Shown piece after piece: positions 1 through 49,096 of a stretch of DNA of 64,000 bases. Made by a program: the position numbers and the translations under genes. The DNA is from Chrysomallon squamiferum. Lineage: Eukaryota; Animalia; Mollusca. Under the pieces are notes generated by a model. That model was not told the origin of the DNA. It did no database searches and saw only the letters and a list, made by a program, of their open reading frames with translations. The DNA is taken from contig CM022671.1 of the NCBI GenBank assembly GCA_012295275.1, positions 5,084,001 through 5,148,000 of the forward strand. The letters are read 5' to 3'. Position 1 is the stretch's first letter; every line of letters begins with the position of its first letter.

Positions 1-911
1 CAGTACGTCACGTTCTCATAAAAGAGTGCAACGGTGTTCGCGCAATTATCTACCCGTGTCGGAATGTCTTAAATTTTTGTACTTGTATATCCGTATAAAA
101 CGACGAAAATTAATAGCTTTTAATGAAAATCTAAAAATTGCAAATTATTTAACAGTTATTAGATTATTTTTGCGTATCAACGGTACAAGTTGTAACAAAG
201 ACACGCCGAATATAGCTTTCTGTTACTGTTCATTTTAAATAAAAATTGTTCGGTCTTCTTGTATTAACTGCTTGTCAAAAATTTGGTCGTGCTTTTTGCC
301 AGCATTTTAATACGAACTGACTATGATACATAATCCATTAAGAGTCCGTTTATATTTAATCAACCACACCATAATATAGTACGCAGGTGTCTACAGATAC
401 AAATTTCAATTGGTTAACAAATATTGATATCAAATTTTATCAAACTAAACGAATTAAAGCATTATGACAGATTTTATAAGACGGCTTGCCTGATGTTATT
501 TATTTTACTTTCCATTATACTTTATATAACCGCATACATAATTTATTAAATATACCTTATCATCTCTGAAAAAAAAAATCATTAAATGTCAGCGGTTAGT
601 TCCTGATTCATAATCTTCACAAGAGCCACTGGAATAAATTATTCTGTACAAACATAAAGAAAATATGGGTCAAAAATGTTCTCGGATATATTAAGACTGA
701 ATAATGAATGAATATGCATGTCCAAAAAATCTGTCCACAGTGATATATATAAAACTGTAGAAAGGATTTTATTTCAAATTTCATATATACCCCCCCCAAA
801 AAAGCAACCAAAAACCCCACCACCACCAACAACAACAGCAAAAAGCACCAAAAAACCCAACAAACCTTGGTATTAATTTCTCTGCTCCCCCCTTTTTTTT
901 TTTTTTTTTAC

Positions 912-1014
<103 letters not shown>

Positions 1015-2068
1015 CTGTAGCAGTATTTTTATTTTTTAAAATATTATTTATTTATATTTACTTACTATTTTTATTTTTTTCCCCCTGATATAAAATTTCT
1101 TGTATCCACTAGAATAGTGAATCGGTGGATGAGTGTTCGAGTTTAAATTTTAATTAATTAATTATTTAATTAATTTATTTATTTATTTATTTATTTTTTT
1201 TATTTTTTTCTTAATTCCTCTATTTATTACTATTTTAAATTACTGTTGTTGTTGTTGTTCGCTGTTGCTAATTAATTTATTTATTTCTTTAGGGTATTTA
1301 TTTATGTTTTTAAAATCATTCCTCGCCATTTTTCAGACTAAATGAGAAATACAGACCTCGTTTCAAACTGCGAATCAGGTATTTTTAATCAGTACCAGAC
1401 ACACATAATTTATGTAGATATGTAATTATATAAACGTGCTGTATATAATATGCATACAGATAACCGAACAGAACAGAACAAATAAATAAAACGATCAAAT
1501 ATAATACTTGATATTCAAAATTGTCATTTGTTGGCAATTCAAATAAGCGCAGTTTTCTAATACTGTGATTTCGTAGCACTCTTTAATAAATATAAATATC
1601 ACGAGGGGAAATAAATATTAACATTTTTATTATCACAAAGTGGCGCTGCGTGTTGTTTGTTATTTTAATCTGATTAAAAGGAGTGTTACTGAACCGAATC
1701 AGTGAGTCCAAGTTCTTTAAATTACAGGTCACTTAAGAAAAATGCACCGTTATAGTTCTCAGATAAAACCAAACAAATAAAGAGTACGAACACGACATAA
1801 TAGTTTTGTTGTTAGGCTGAAGACTTTCTGATTTAGCTATTTCGCACGTTTATTCCTTTGATGTTAAGTAAATTTTGATAAAACTGACAAGTTGTAAAAT
1901 GCGTTTATCAGTGATGGATTAAAATGAATAAGTAAATAAATAAACAAATAAATGTTTTGAAGATAAGAACTTAATAAATACAAAGACGGAAAAAGAAATG
2001 GTAAATGGATAGGTATAGATTCTAATTAACATAAGATAAGTAAATATATGTTTGTATGTACGTATGTA

Positions 2069-2161
<93 letters not shown>

Positions 2162-2283
2162 GTAGATAAATATCTACATAGATTGATAGAAAGATTGAGA
2201 GAGAAAGACAAACTGACAGAAACAGACGGATAGAAAAGGAAAGGAAACATGTACTTTTATCATAAACAGTAAATCAACTGTCT

Positions 2284-2369
<86 letters not shown>

Positions 2370-2520
2370 TTTTTTCCACCCCTGTCATCTCCACTTTGAA
2401 AATAACACTTCATATCCCATTTGTCAACCTACCTTACCCATCCCAGCGAGTTCTATTTTTGTTTGAGTCAAAGATAAGACTACTTATTTAATATACACTG
2501 TTAGAAATCAGCAGACACGC

Positions 2521-2527
2521 TATATAG
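2521..2527 (+). promoter_or_regulatory. Candidate TATA box of the C1q gene
   Basis: TATATAG ~40 nt upstream of the ATG; supported by position only. Confidence 0.35.
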
Positions 2528-2561
2528 AGCTGGGAACTAACATCTGCGAAGTCTTTTCAAC

Positions 2562-3029
2562 ATGGCGCCTCGTTTATTGTTTATGTTTAAAATTCTTATT
2601 CTCTACTTTCAACCCTTATACAGCACTTGGACTACAACAGGTAAAGTATTTTATGTTATCTTATTTATTTATTTAATTTTTGTTTGTTTGTATTGCTGAA
2701 TTATTCTTCTTCTTATTATTATTTAATTACATTGCCAAAGATCACTGTTTGAATTTTTTTCCCCAGTCAGTTGTGTTTTTTCGACATTTAGTCTAAAAAA
2801 GATTGTTTTCTTTCTCTGTTATCTTTAAGAAATTTTTATATTGTGTTTCATGACAATATAAAAACAGTAGAATAACAGTTAACTTGGTATTTGATAGACT
2901 AAAGTGAGACACAGCTTGGAAATGGAATTGGCCAAATGGGTCACTAACAAGGTTTGATCCTTGATCGATTGTGCATCAGTTATATCAGACGACTATGTCA
3001 TGCCACTTCTGGGTCAAATAAATTTAAAA

Positions 3030-3096
<67 letters not shown>

Positions 3097-3679
3097 GAAA
3101 GAAATGACAGGACTACATTGTGTCGACAAATCTTTTAGTTCATAAAGAGAAGAAGAATTATTAAAAAATTATAATTTGTTATCTCAAATAAAAATTAATT
3201 ATTTAAGTAATTTATCTATCTATCTATCTGGATTAGGGTAGATTTCACTACTGCAAAACGCTGACGTTATAAATATATTTACAGTCCGATCTACCACAAT
3301 TCCTTATCTCCAAACGCAAACAACGACACTTGAAGCAAACAACTGGAAACAAGAGTTGAAGCATTTGCAGTCAGCTTTAAACTACTTGAAAGAGAAATAC
3401 AAAGATCTGGAAACTCACAGCACGTCTACCCAGTCACGTGTGTATTATATGAATATTCATGTAGTATTCTGAATAAAGATAACTGTATATTTACAACACT
3501 TGCAGATAAATAAACACTCTAAGATATTATATTACTAATCAAACATACATCACGCAGTATTTTAAATAAGTGCTTATGTATGTATATTTAACAGTGATTT
3601 ATATTAAATATGAAATACTGATTTGCATAATGCGTGTTTGTAGAAGTTGTAGCAGTAGCAGAAGTAACAGTAATAAACA

Positions 3680-3714
<35 letters not shown>

Positions 3715-4935
3715 ATAATAATAATAAGCATCATCATCATAATAATAGTAGCAAAAACAACAACACCAACAACAGCAATAATAATAATCAAAATAATGAT
3801 GATGACGTTGATAGCGACGATAAGTTATAACAGAAAAACATCCACATTGTTCGCTGGAATATAGTTATTACCGTTACTATAACAGCTGGTTAATATTAGG
3901 TAGCAGATATATAACGATAATAAGCGTTCAACTTCGGGCTTTTTAAAAACATGTCCAAGTATGCCTTTCATGGGTACAGTATGTTGTAGGATTAAATACA
4001 GAGATGTTTAATATGTTTACAGTCACTTCAACGACATTGTTGACGACAAAGCCGACGCCACAACCAGTAGAAGCTGAAATCAGCTTGTTGAGGAACCAGA
4101 TAGCGAGTGTGCAGACGGCTTTGACGGAGTTAGAGCAGAAATACACGAATCTGAAATCTCTCAAACCAAACAGCTGTGAGTGGGACTTTCTTCTTTTTTT
4201 TAAATGGAGAAAGAGAGAGAGAGAGAGCATTTGAATAATTTTATGTAGGTGATGAAGCAATTGTACGTTATTGTTGCAAAAAGACTAGTGTAATTATAAC
4301 ATATACAACAAAAACAAAACTTATTAAAGTTTATCACCACAAACGACGAATCGAAGCAAACTGGAAAAATGATTCTTCCACAGTCTATTACTTTATTTTT
4401 TTTTATTTCAGACCCGTTCATCGCCTTCGAGGCTCGAATCACCCAACCACTCGTTGGTCTCGGACCTAACCAGATTGTTGTCTTCGACAAAATCCTGATG
4501 AACAAAGGCAACGGGTACGACAGCAGAATCGGAGTATTTCGCTGCCCCGTGAACGGCACGTACCACCTAGCGTTGTCCATCGCTTGCTTTGGAAGAACTC
4601 AGCTGGAAATTGTCAACAACGGGTTTCAAATAGCGCACGTCTTCGCGTCCCGACCAAGAAGAAGGCAGATGTTATTTAAACGTAGTGCTAATGTGATGCC
4701 ACGTCAAAATCCGGACTCCATGACCACGGTCACGCCCGCACCTTGGACGCTGGCACCCAAAGTATCGATACTAACTCCACACAGGTCTGACGCAGGTTTA
4801 GCCTCGATTCAGATTTTGGTTGATCTAAAAGCCGGAGACGATGTTTGGGTCCGCCATCTTGATAACGACATTGATAACGTTCTTCTGTCAGACACGTTCA
4901 CAACGTTTTCTGGTTATATTGTGCACGCCGGTTAA
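2562..4935 (+). CDS. Secreted C1q domain-containing protein (signal peptide, two coiled-coil repeats, gC1q domain), ~302 aa, 4 exons: 2562-2640, 3285-3437, 4023-4175, 4412-4935
   Basis: ATG 2562 starts hydrophobic MAPRLLFMFKILILYFQPLYS. GT/AG introns are all phase 1 and join in frame. Last exon has gC1q motifs AFEAR..IVVFDKILMNKGNGYDSRIGVFRCPVNGTYHL..LKAGDDVWV..TTFSGYIV. AATAAA at 4942-4947. Confidence 0.9.
2886..3010 (+). mobile_element. Degenerate short interspersed repeat fragment; related copies at ~13013-13125 (+) and ~32080-32160 (-)
   Basis: The three loci share a loose motif ..cagt.gt.g.gcac.g.ttggaatgg.aa.t....aaatg.g..c...a...tgatcc; judged by eye only. Confidence 0.35.
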
Positions 4936-5597
4936 TTAACAAATAAAACTGATTTGAAATTTCAGTATTTAGCGTCCCAAACTTTAATAGAAAACCGGTT
5001 TCAGTATATGGGTAATGTCCGAAATCTCGCGGTTACTAATGAGTCTTTTAGGCCGAATCGAAATTAACGAGCGCACCTAATCGTGAATTATCGGACTTTA
5101 TCCTATATTTACAGGTCATTTTTTCGCTAGTAATTAAAGTAGATAAAAATGTCAGAAACATATGTTAATTTGTTATTTATTAAAAAAAATAAAAGGAAAA
5201 TGTTCACTGATGATGAACAATATCGTTTGCAAAATGTTTTAGCTATCGGTCATAATTATTATCAACGCCCCTCTTATTCAGCGAGATAACTCTGTTTGAA
5301 CCGTTCTTCTGCTTCAGTTTCCGAACATGTGCCAAACGACTTTAGTTGTTTCTTATTGTTTAGGCCTGTATATATTTTGTGGCTTAATCAGTATTTATAA
5401 AACTGACTCCAAATTATGTAACTACCGCTTATTTCAGTTTGGGACGTTAAAAATCCAGATATCAGCTTTCCTGCGAAGACAGCAAATATTTGTATTAGAG
5501 GTATTTAATCACATTAATGTTTATATTTGGAAATAACAGACACACATGTAATCATTATTGTCAAAAATGGACAAGAGAAGTATATACTTTCTTAATC

Positions 5598-5634
<37 letters not shown>

Positions 5635-6742
5635 GTGAAAGAATTAAACATAAACATTTTAATTGGCCCTATAGCAGTAAAAGAAGACACATTTTCAGAA
5701 GATAAAAGAACACAATACATTATAAATTAGTTACACGGATGTATCCTTATCATTAAAATTATTATAAATAATTTGTTTTTACAAATTTACATATTTGTTG
5801 TTATTGGTATATTCAACTGCATATGCTTCAATTTATTTTCCTGATCGATTAAATGATTTGTGTGTGAAAGGTTATGGTCACCATACATAGGAAATAAAAA
5901 ATTTGTGTTAACTTACAAAGTGGTAAGTGTGGGTTTCACCTTTCAGATACTATTACACACACACGTAGGCACTCCAACACATACACACGCACATAAATAA
6001 AGAATAGGAAAAGATAAAACATTGTAATACAAAAAATCTCTTTTTATTTACAAAAGTCTGGTGAAAAAGTACAAAAGATGGCTAAACTAAACAAAACGTG
6101 ACAAATATACACAAAATAGTAATTCCAGTCTATACGGCGTGTTTCTCTGTAAACTGTTACAACTTCTCACGAATGTCTGTGTTTATTACTTTTTATACTT
6201 GTTTAAAGGATAAGTTACATCTATCAAATATCTCTATTTTCACAATAATAATAATAAGAAGAAGAAGAAGAAGAAGAAAAACTTGTTACACTTATATTCT
6301 TAAAATTTGAAGGATATATCAGATATTTTCAAAAGTTCGGATCCACAAAACAGTTAAAGATATTTATCCCTTGTCATATCTGAAATATTTCTTCAGAAGA
6401 CCCTTCACTGCCTCATTCATCCTACGATAAATAGTTACAAAATAATTATGTAAATTACTCAAATCATTTTAAAAGCTGGGTGTTCATGGAAAACGAAATT
6501 GTATTTTACATATTTACCATGTAATAAAAATTCAAAATATTCGTACATTCCCCCCCAGAGTCATATTTTTCAGACAAATATAAAAAACCACCGGATGTGT
6601 TAATTGAGACCAAATCCTCTTGTCATCATCAGAAATCCCAGTATAACTATCGGCAACTCAGCAACGTCATAGTCCCTTATGGATGACGTCATAGTTAAAA
6701 GTCTGATGTCATAGCTACTAAATGACATCACAGCAAAGTGAC

Positions 6743-42202
<35,460 letters not shown>

Positions 42203-42239
42203 GTCCGTAATATTCCGCTTAAAGACCATACAAAAAAAA

Positions 42240-42620
42240 TCCTTTGTGAACGACGTCAACGTTGGTCACGACGATTACGACTACTGAGGACGACGATGCG
42301 AGAACTCGTACAAAACCCAAAGTTTTAAAACCGTTGTTTAAATACTGCACGGCATGAACAACTTTTTTATTTTAAGCCGTTTCGGCCCTTCTGCGCAGCC
42401 GCAGTCGCACTTTGACGCCGTCCACTCGTCTGAGGCTGCGCCTGGAGGGGGGAGGGGGAGGGACGACACTGTTTCGATGTTCGCAAGTCGGTGTCAAACG
42501 CGTGCATGTTGCAGGAGCCGTTTTCTCGCAACAAATACACGTCGTTGTCAAAACGTCAGTGAAGAGGGCGACGTTACAACGTTAAACACGGCGTCTCTCA
42601 GAACGGGTCGAGAATAGACT
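42240..42620 (-). promoter_or_regulatory. CpG-rich putative promoter/5' UTR of the CBD polyprotein gene
   Basis: Marked CpG/GC enrichment over the AT-rich background immediately upstream of exon 1; TATTTAAA on the minus strand at ~42337-42344; G-rich GGAGGGGGGAGGGGAGGG tract. Confidence 0.5.
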
Positions 42621-43576
42621 GGCTACAAACGTACTAGTGTTTTATGTACGTGCTGCATCTGTTTGACGGAATATCATAACAGCAAACAGTGCATGTATCT
42701 ATTCGAAACCGAGAGATAAGCCTCACTTTGGCACCGTCTTGCCATGTGAAATGTTGCTTTTTAAACGTAACTCCAAACTTTCGGTTCTATTTAAGTCGCG
42801 GACAGTTAGAAAACAGATTAGCAACAGTTTGTTTACAAGTTAAAAAAACTATATTACAGTATTTCATGGTCACATCTCTGTACAGTGTGTTCCAAAGAAA
42901 CTTTAGTATTCGTTGTGTCTGTTAACTGTTAACAGAACATTATAAAATACTGAGTATATCTTATTGTGGATCAGTGTATCTGTATGTATGTATGTATGTG
43001 TATATGTGCGTATGTATGTCTGTCCGTCTCTCTCTGTATGTATGCTATGTATTTGACGTGTATATTTATTTATTTTATCATTTATTTATTTATTTATTTA
43101 TTTAGTATTTATTTTTTAATTATTACGAAAATATATCCAAAAACATCAGATACAAATACCTTCCTCTACAGTAAAATGTATTTTGAATTACACAGCATTT
43201 CGTACAACGGGGAATGTTTGGATACGAAAATGATTCAATTGAACTTTTAGAATAACCATAGATAAACATTTCTATGAGACAAAACAAGCTTTTAGAAATA
43301 TACTTATATAGATATATATTCATAAAACAGATACCATTCAGATGGAATTTATTTGTAGCTCAATGTCATTGGGCGTGGCCATATAGCAGTACGTCGCAGG
43401 ATATTGGTTTCAAACATTAAATAATAAACAGTTGTATATAAAACAGTAAGTTTAGTTGTTAAAGAAATATAATCTGTTATACTCATAATTCTAGCATTTT
43501 AAACATTTTAAATCTGTGTTTATATAATGTCTGTTTGTGTATATGAGAAGGCTGATGTGATGGGGATATTTTTGAG

Positions 43577-43676
<100 letters not shown>

Positions 43677-44160
43677 TGAGAGACAATGAATTATAGAAAC
43701 CGAGCGAGAGAGAAGCACAAGCTGTGAAAAAAAAGTGACAGTGACAGTGAAAGAAAGAGAGAGAGACTGAGAGAGATAGAGATAGAGAGAGAAACAGAGA
43801 AAGAAAGAAATAGAGAGACGAGAAAAAGAAAAAGAGAGACAGAGATAGTTGGTGTTGGAGACAAATAGTCAATAAAACATACATTTCAGCAGTAGAGCTA
43901 TTTCGTTTTCTTAAAAGGGCGGAGGTAAATAGATAAAATACTTAATAAAGAGAAAATTGATTTTAATGTGGAACAGTTAAATATAGGCGTGTGCTCAAGA
44001 GAGAGAGAAAGCAATTGCTACCCCTAAACTTCTGTATAAGCAGAAGAAAAAGAAGACGATGAAGAAGAAGAAGAAGATGAAGAAGAAGAAGAAGAAGAAG
44101 AAGAAGAAGAAGAAGAACAACAACAACAACAAGAAGAACAACAACAACAACAACAACAAC

Positions 44161-44198
<38 letters not shown>

Positions 44199-45210
44199 AG
44201 TTATGGAAACTGCAATGATTGTAAAATAACTTTAAAATATATTTGATGATGTTCAGGGCGGGACTTGGCTTACTATGTGGGGGGGGGGGTCTGATTCTGC
44301 CAATTAACAAAAACTCATAATATTATATTATATTTGCAGATTTGTTTAAAGGTTGTTCACTTTACATATACATTACGTTTTAAAGGATACTGTATTCTTT
44401 AACACGTTGTATCATTACTCTAACAATACTTTAAGCATTCATGTCATGCGCAAACGATATGATCAAGGCTGACAACCACTGGGCTGAAAATTAAATCAGT
44501 CACAAATGATAAACGAATCGTTTTTTCATTATGCAGTCATTACGTATTTATAAGAATAATTATTTATTACACAAACGTACTGTTCTCCCTGTTTCGTCCA
44601 AATCTCAATATTTGCTACCAAAAACTGGGTTTTAATAAGACAAGTTTTCACAGCTTAAATTTGGCATTATACCCTGAAAGTTCTTCATAGATCGGTAACT
44701 AAGGTCGCAATAAATTTGTAATAATTAAACTAAATTGTTTTATTTCTGAACTTTGTGGCACTTAAACTTTTTTTAAAAAGAGTCGAGATCTCACACCTGC
44801 TTCCGGTTCGGAACCTTTTGGGATTTTGCTGAATTATTTCAACAATATTTGACAAGATGGCGATAATCTTCGTCTGCTTTTTACCACGTTCTGTACTGAC
44901 CGGCAGCTGCTCCCAGTCAAAAACGTGACGCATTCCTCGCTATCATGAATTTCATAAACTTCAAAATGGCGGAATATTTTTCACGTGTCGCGAAACAACA
45001 TTTGATCTGTCAAACAGGGAAAGTTAACACAGCTTAATAAAAGGCAACAAAACCAAATTCCCAGTTTCTTAACTTTTTTCTTTTCTTTTTGTGTTGTTTC
45101 TGGGTTTTTTCATTTGTTTTTCATTCATTTTTTTTTTTTTCTTTTAATCTATATTATTATTATTATTGTTATTGTTGTTATTGTTATTATTATTATCACT
45201 ATTATTATTA

Positions 45211-45255
<45 letters not shown>

Positions 45256-45280
45256 GTAGTAGTAGTAGTAGTAGTAGTAA

Positions 45281-45318
<38 letters not shown>

Positions 45319-45578
45319 TTTTATTTTTAAGGATTTTTTTCTTCTTTTCGTTTAATTTTATTTGTCAGTTTTTGATTTTTTAATTTAAAATGTTTAACTA
45401 AATTCCGTAATTATTTAAATAAACATTTAAATACACTATTTTTTGAAGTTATTAACTGACAAAAAGAATGACAAAAAAAAGAAGAAAAGAAGCAAAATTA
45501 GGACATAAGGGTAGAAGAGAAAGTCAGAAAAGAAAGTATGAATGTGTGCGTGTGTGTGTGTATTTATATATATATACC

Positions 45579-45611
<33 letters not shown>

Positions 45612-45798
45612 GTATATAAAAATAAACAAAAAATTAATAAATTTAAAAAATTATATATGTTTTTAATTTAAAATTCGTATGACAGAAACCAAAAAAACAT
45701 AAAGATTTGCCATTGAATATTTGTTTAATTATTAGCAAATACGTCAGAAAACACACGAAAACAAACAGAAAAAATACACCACCCCAGATTATTCATAA

Positions 45799-46275
45799 TT
45801 TAGACATTAATAATGTCTTTAAAAAAATCATCTTAATTTTTCGAAAAAAGTAACTAAAAAGCTTTTTTTTGCCATATATTCAAAGTTTTTTAATTGTAAA
45901 ACCATTTAAATCATCTTACTTTTTCGAGAAAAAAAAAAACATATACGATTTAAGCCATTTTTTTGCCATATTTAGACATTAATAATGTTATTAACCATTT
46001 AAATCATCTTACTTTTTCGAAGAAAAGTAACCAACATATACGCAGTAAGCTCTTTTTTTGCCATAGTATTCAAAGTTTAGACATTAATAATGTCTTTAAC
46101 CATTTAAATCATCTTACTTTTTCGAAGAAAAGTAACCAACATATACGCAGTAAGCTCTTTTTTTGCCATAGTATTCAAAGTTTAGACATTAATAATGTCT
46201 TTAACCATTTAAATCATCTTACTTTTTCGAAGAAAAATAACCAACATATACGCAATAAGCTTTTTTTTTTCTGCC
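45799..46275. repeat. 105-bp tandem repeat (~3 near-perfect copies plus degenerate ones)
   Basis: TTTAGACATTAATAATG recurs at 45971, 46076, 46181. Confidence 0.9.
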
Positions 46276-48990
46276 AAAATATTCCTCAGATGTTTGCACG
46301 CTGTCGTATTTTAAGACTAACATGTGTCAATGCATTACGACAAGCGATCTCTATTTAACTCATATACGTTTTACAAACAACAGAATACACCGAATGTCCA
46401 CACGACCGTCTGTTTGTCTGTTTGTTTGTTTGTTGTATTACGTATTACGGTGGTGTTCTGGACCTGTGATTTCTCTGAGACTGTTTCGTGTTTTGAAATG
46501 CGACGAAATAACTCGAGTCTTTATCACTAGCGTCATTCGAGTGCTTCGGTTGTTGTTTTTTTTTAACATTCAGTACTCGGGGAAAGTCGTATATTGTTAG
46601 AGTTCGCACTTCATTTACCTTTTATTTTCTGTTCTATTCTGATCGTGCAGCACGTGCCTGCAACTGTTTCCAGATCTTCTGTTTTGGCCAGAGGGAAAAA
46701 AAAAAAAAAAAAACACACAGCAACATTACAATAGAAAAATTGTCTAGTTTTGGATCGAGAAACAAAGAACGTCTTGTAAAACATCTTAGCCTGGCGCGAT
46801 GCGATGCGCAAGTGAAATTGGAGGAATGTGCGAGAACGGAAATCCTACGACGACAAAGAAACCTGTTGTACATCACACTTACAAAAACAAATCAAAATCC
46901 ACGGCGCGTTGGCAAATAGTAATGGAAATGAAGCCCCAATGATATATTCAGACTTGAGTGATACCTACGCTATCGATGAAACAAGCATTTCTTAACCGTG
47001 GTTAATTCGGTTCCTTAAAAGGGCGGGGATAAATACACAAAATAGTTTTGTGGAAGGGAAAATTGATTTATAAAGTGTAGAGTAGCATTTGAAAGAGATC
47101 TTTAGCTGAATAAATAAACGGATAGATAAACAGATAGAATTATAGAAAAAGAAACAGAGAGTAAGAACAGGTATATAGCGATATCACATCAACGGATCAT
47201 TATTGTCGTTCACGGAAACACATTCATATACACACACATATAGACAAATGACGATGATTTGTTTTCCGTTATATTACATAAAAGAAAAACCTTCACACTA
47301 ATTTGAGTTACGACGTCTTCGACGTTTGAGTTAAGTCTCCTTTGACAAAGCCGTCTGCAAAATCGCCAGCAAACACTGCACATATTTCATACAATTATTG
47401 TCTGTGAAATATATGTTATTTTTATTTAAGACTAGACAATTATCGTTTGAGGCTTCAGTTAATTGTCTAATTACTTAGAACATAAGTTTTTTATAAAAGA
47501 AACACTGAATATACAGAATCATATAATAACAATATCCACACACATCTACTATCTCTTACTTACGCATGTACATACATGAACATACAAAGAAAAAAAAAAT
47601 GTTAAAAATTATTGTCTCAGTAAATAAAGTTTAGAAGAAAATCTACTTTTATTCCAAACTAAAAACTATGTTTAACTGATTATATATATAAAAAAATTGT
47701 GTTTTACAAAGTTCCTGCAATGTGGGTATATTCTTTTAGAGTTCACTAGAAAAGAATGTAGAATATCAACGTTTTTTACGTCTTAAACTGGAGTAAAATC
47801 GCGATTTTGTACGTTGAAATATTTGCCGTTTGCATACGGAACAAAGTGTAAAGTGTTGCATTCAGTTCAGAAATATCTCTTGACTTTATCCAAATGATGT
47901 ATATAACATTTAACTTATTCTTGGATAGTAAGATTGACTGCTGAGGTACTGAATCAAGGAGATGGTGAGAGAGAAAAAAAAAAAGAAAGAGAGAGAGAGA
48001 ATATAGAGGAAGAGACTATACATTGTATGTTTTTAAAATTGTTTTATTGCAAAGAATATTAAACTTTAAACCCTTTGCAAAACGTACGCACCAACATTTT
48101 AGTTACGATAATGATCATGAAGCCTTGCATCTAATTATGTTTAATTATTATGACGTACTTGACTACATTTTTGAACTGTATATGTCTGATACTATTGCTA
48201 TTGCTTTGGTCAAGTCAGACGTGCTTAAACTTTCATTATTTGTTAGTTGTCCGTATCAAACGTCTATAACCTCATACACTCGATTTAGTAATTATATTAC
48301 ACAGCGTATTAACATCCGGTTTTGTGAAAAGTCCACATAAGACATATTCAGTTGCTTATACTTTTAATTTTTCAGTTTCTCGTGGACTTCTTTTCGTTTC
48401 CGTTCTTTTTTTCTTTTTTTTATATTTTCATTCTCTCTCCTTTCTTTCCTTTTTTTTTTCATTGTTTTTCCTCTCTGCACAAACCGATGCACGTAGCTGC
48501 AAGAATGTGCAGCACAGATTTACATGTAAACAAGACAGAAAACAATGGCGACATTGTGGTCATTTGGCTACATTACAGAACATGATGTAACTAGTCTGGG
48601 AACGATTTGACGAAAACGAAACACTTCATCAGACGGTAAGTCCTTTCGGACTGTTTACAAAACTGAGATTCTTCAAGGATGACAGAAATCTTTTCTTTTG
48701 GAAAAAAAAACAAAAAAAAAAAAACGTCATTGCAAAACACTGTACTTACAATTCCTAGAAACAACGGCCATTGCGAACAGACGAAAATGCCCGACATTTT
48801 CTTTCTTTGATCCGGTAATTAGTTTGGTTCGTCTGTCTGTCTGTATTTGACAGGGTCCAGGCTATTTCACGTCGTGGAGTATGAGATGTTAGAATGTAAG
48901 AGTCTTTATCAAATAATGTATAGACTGTTTTTCAAAATTAATTTGTAGAAAAGTCGCTGTTATTATAATAAAGAACGAAACAAAACGCAC

Positions 48991-49096
<106 letters not shown>

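Noticed and set aside
2886-3010. Species assignment from the resemblance of dispersed repeats to a gastropod SINE-like family
   Set aside because: Similarity is from memory and the copies are highly degenerate; not verifiable without a search
45963-46358. 131-aa ORF with 35-aa repeats
   Set aside because: By-product of the 105-bp tandem repeat; non-ATG start and no splice signals
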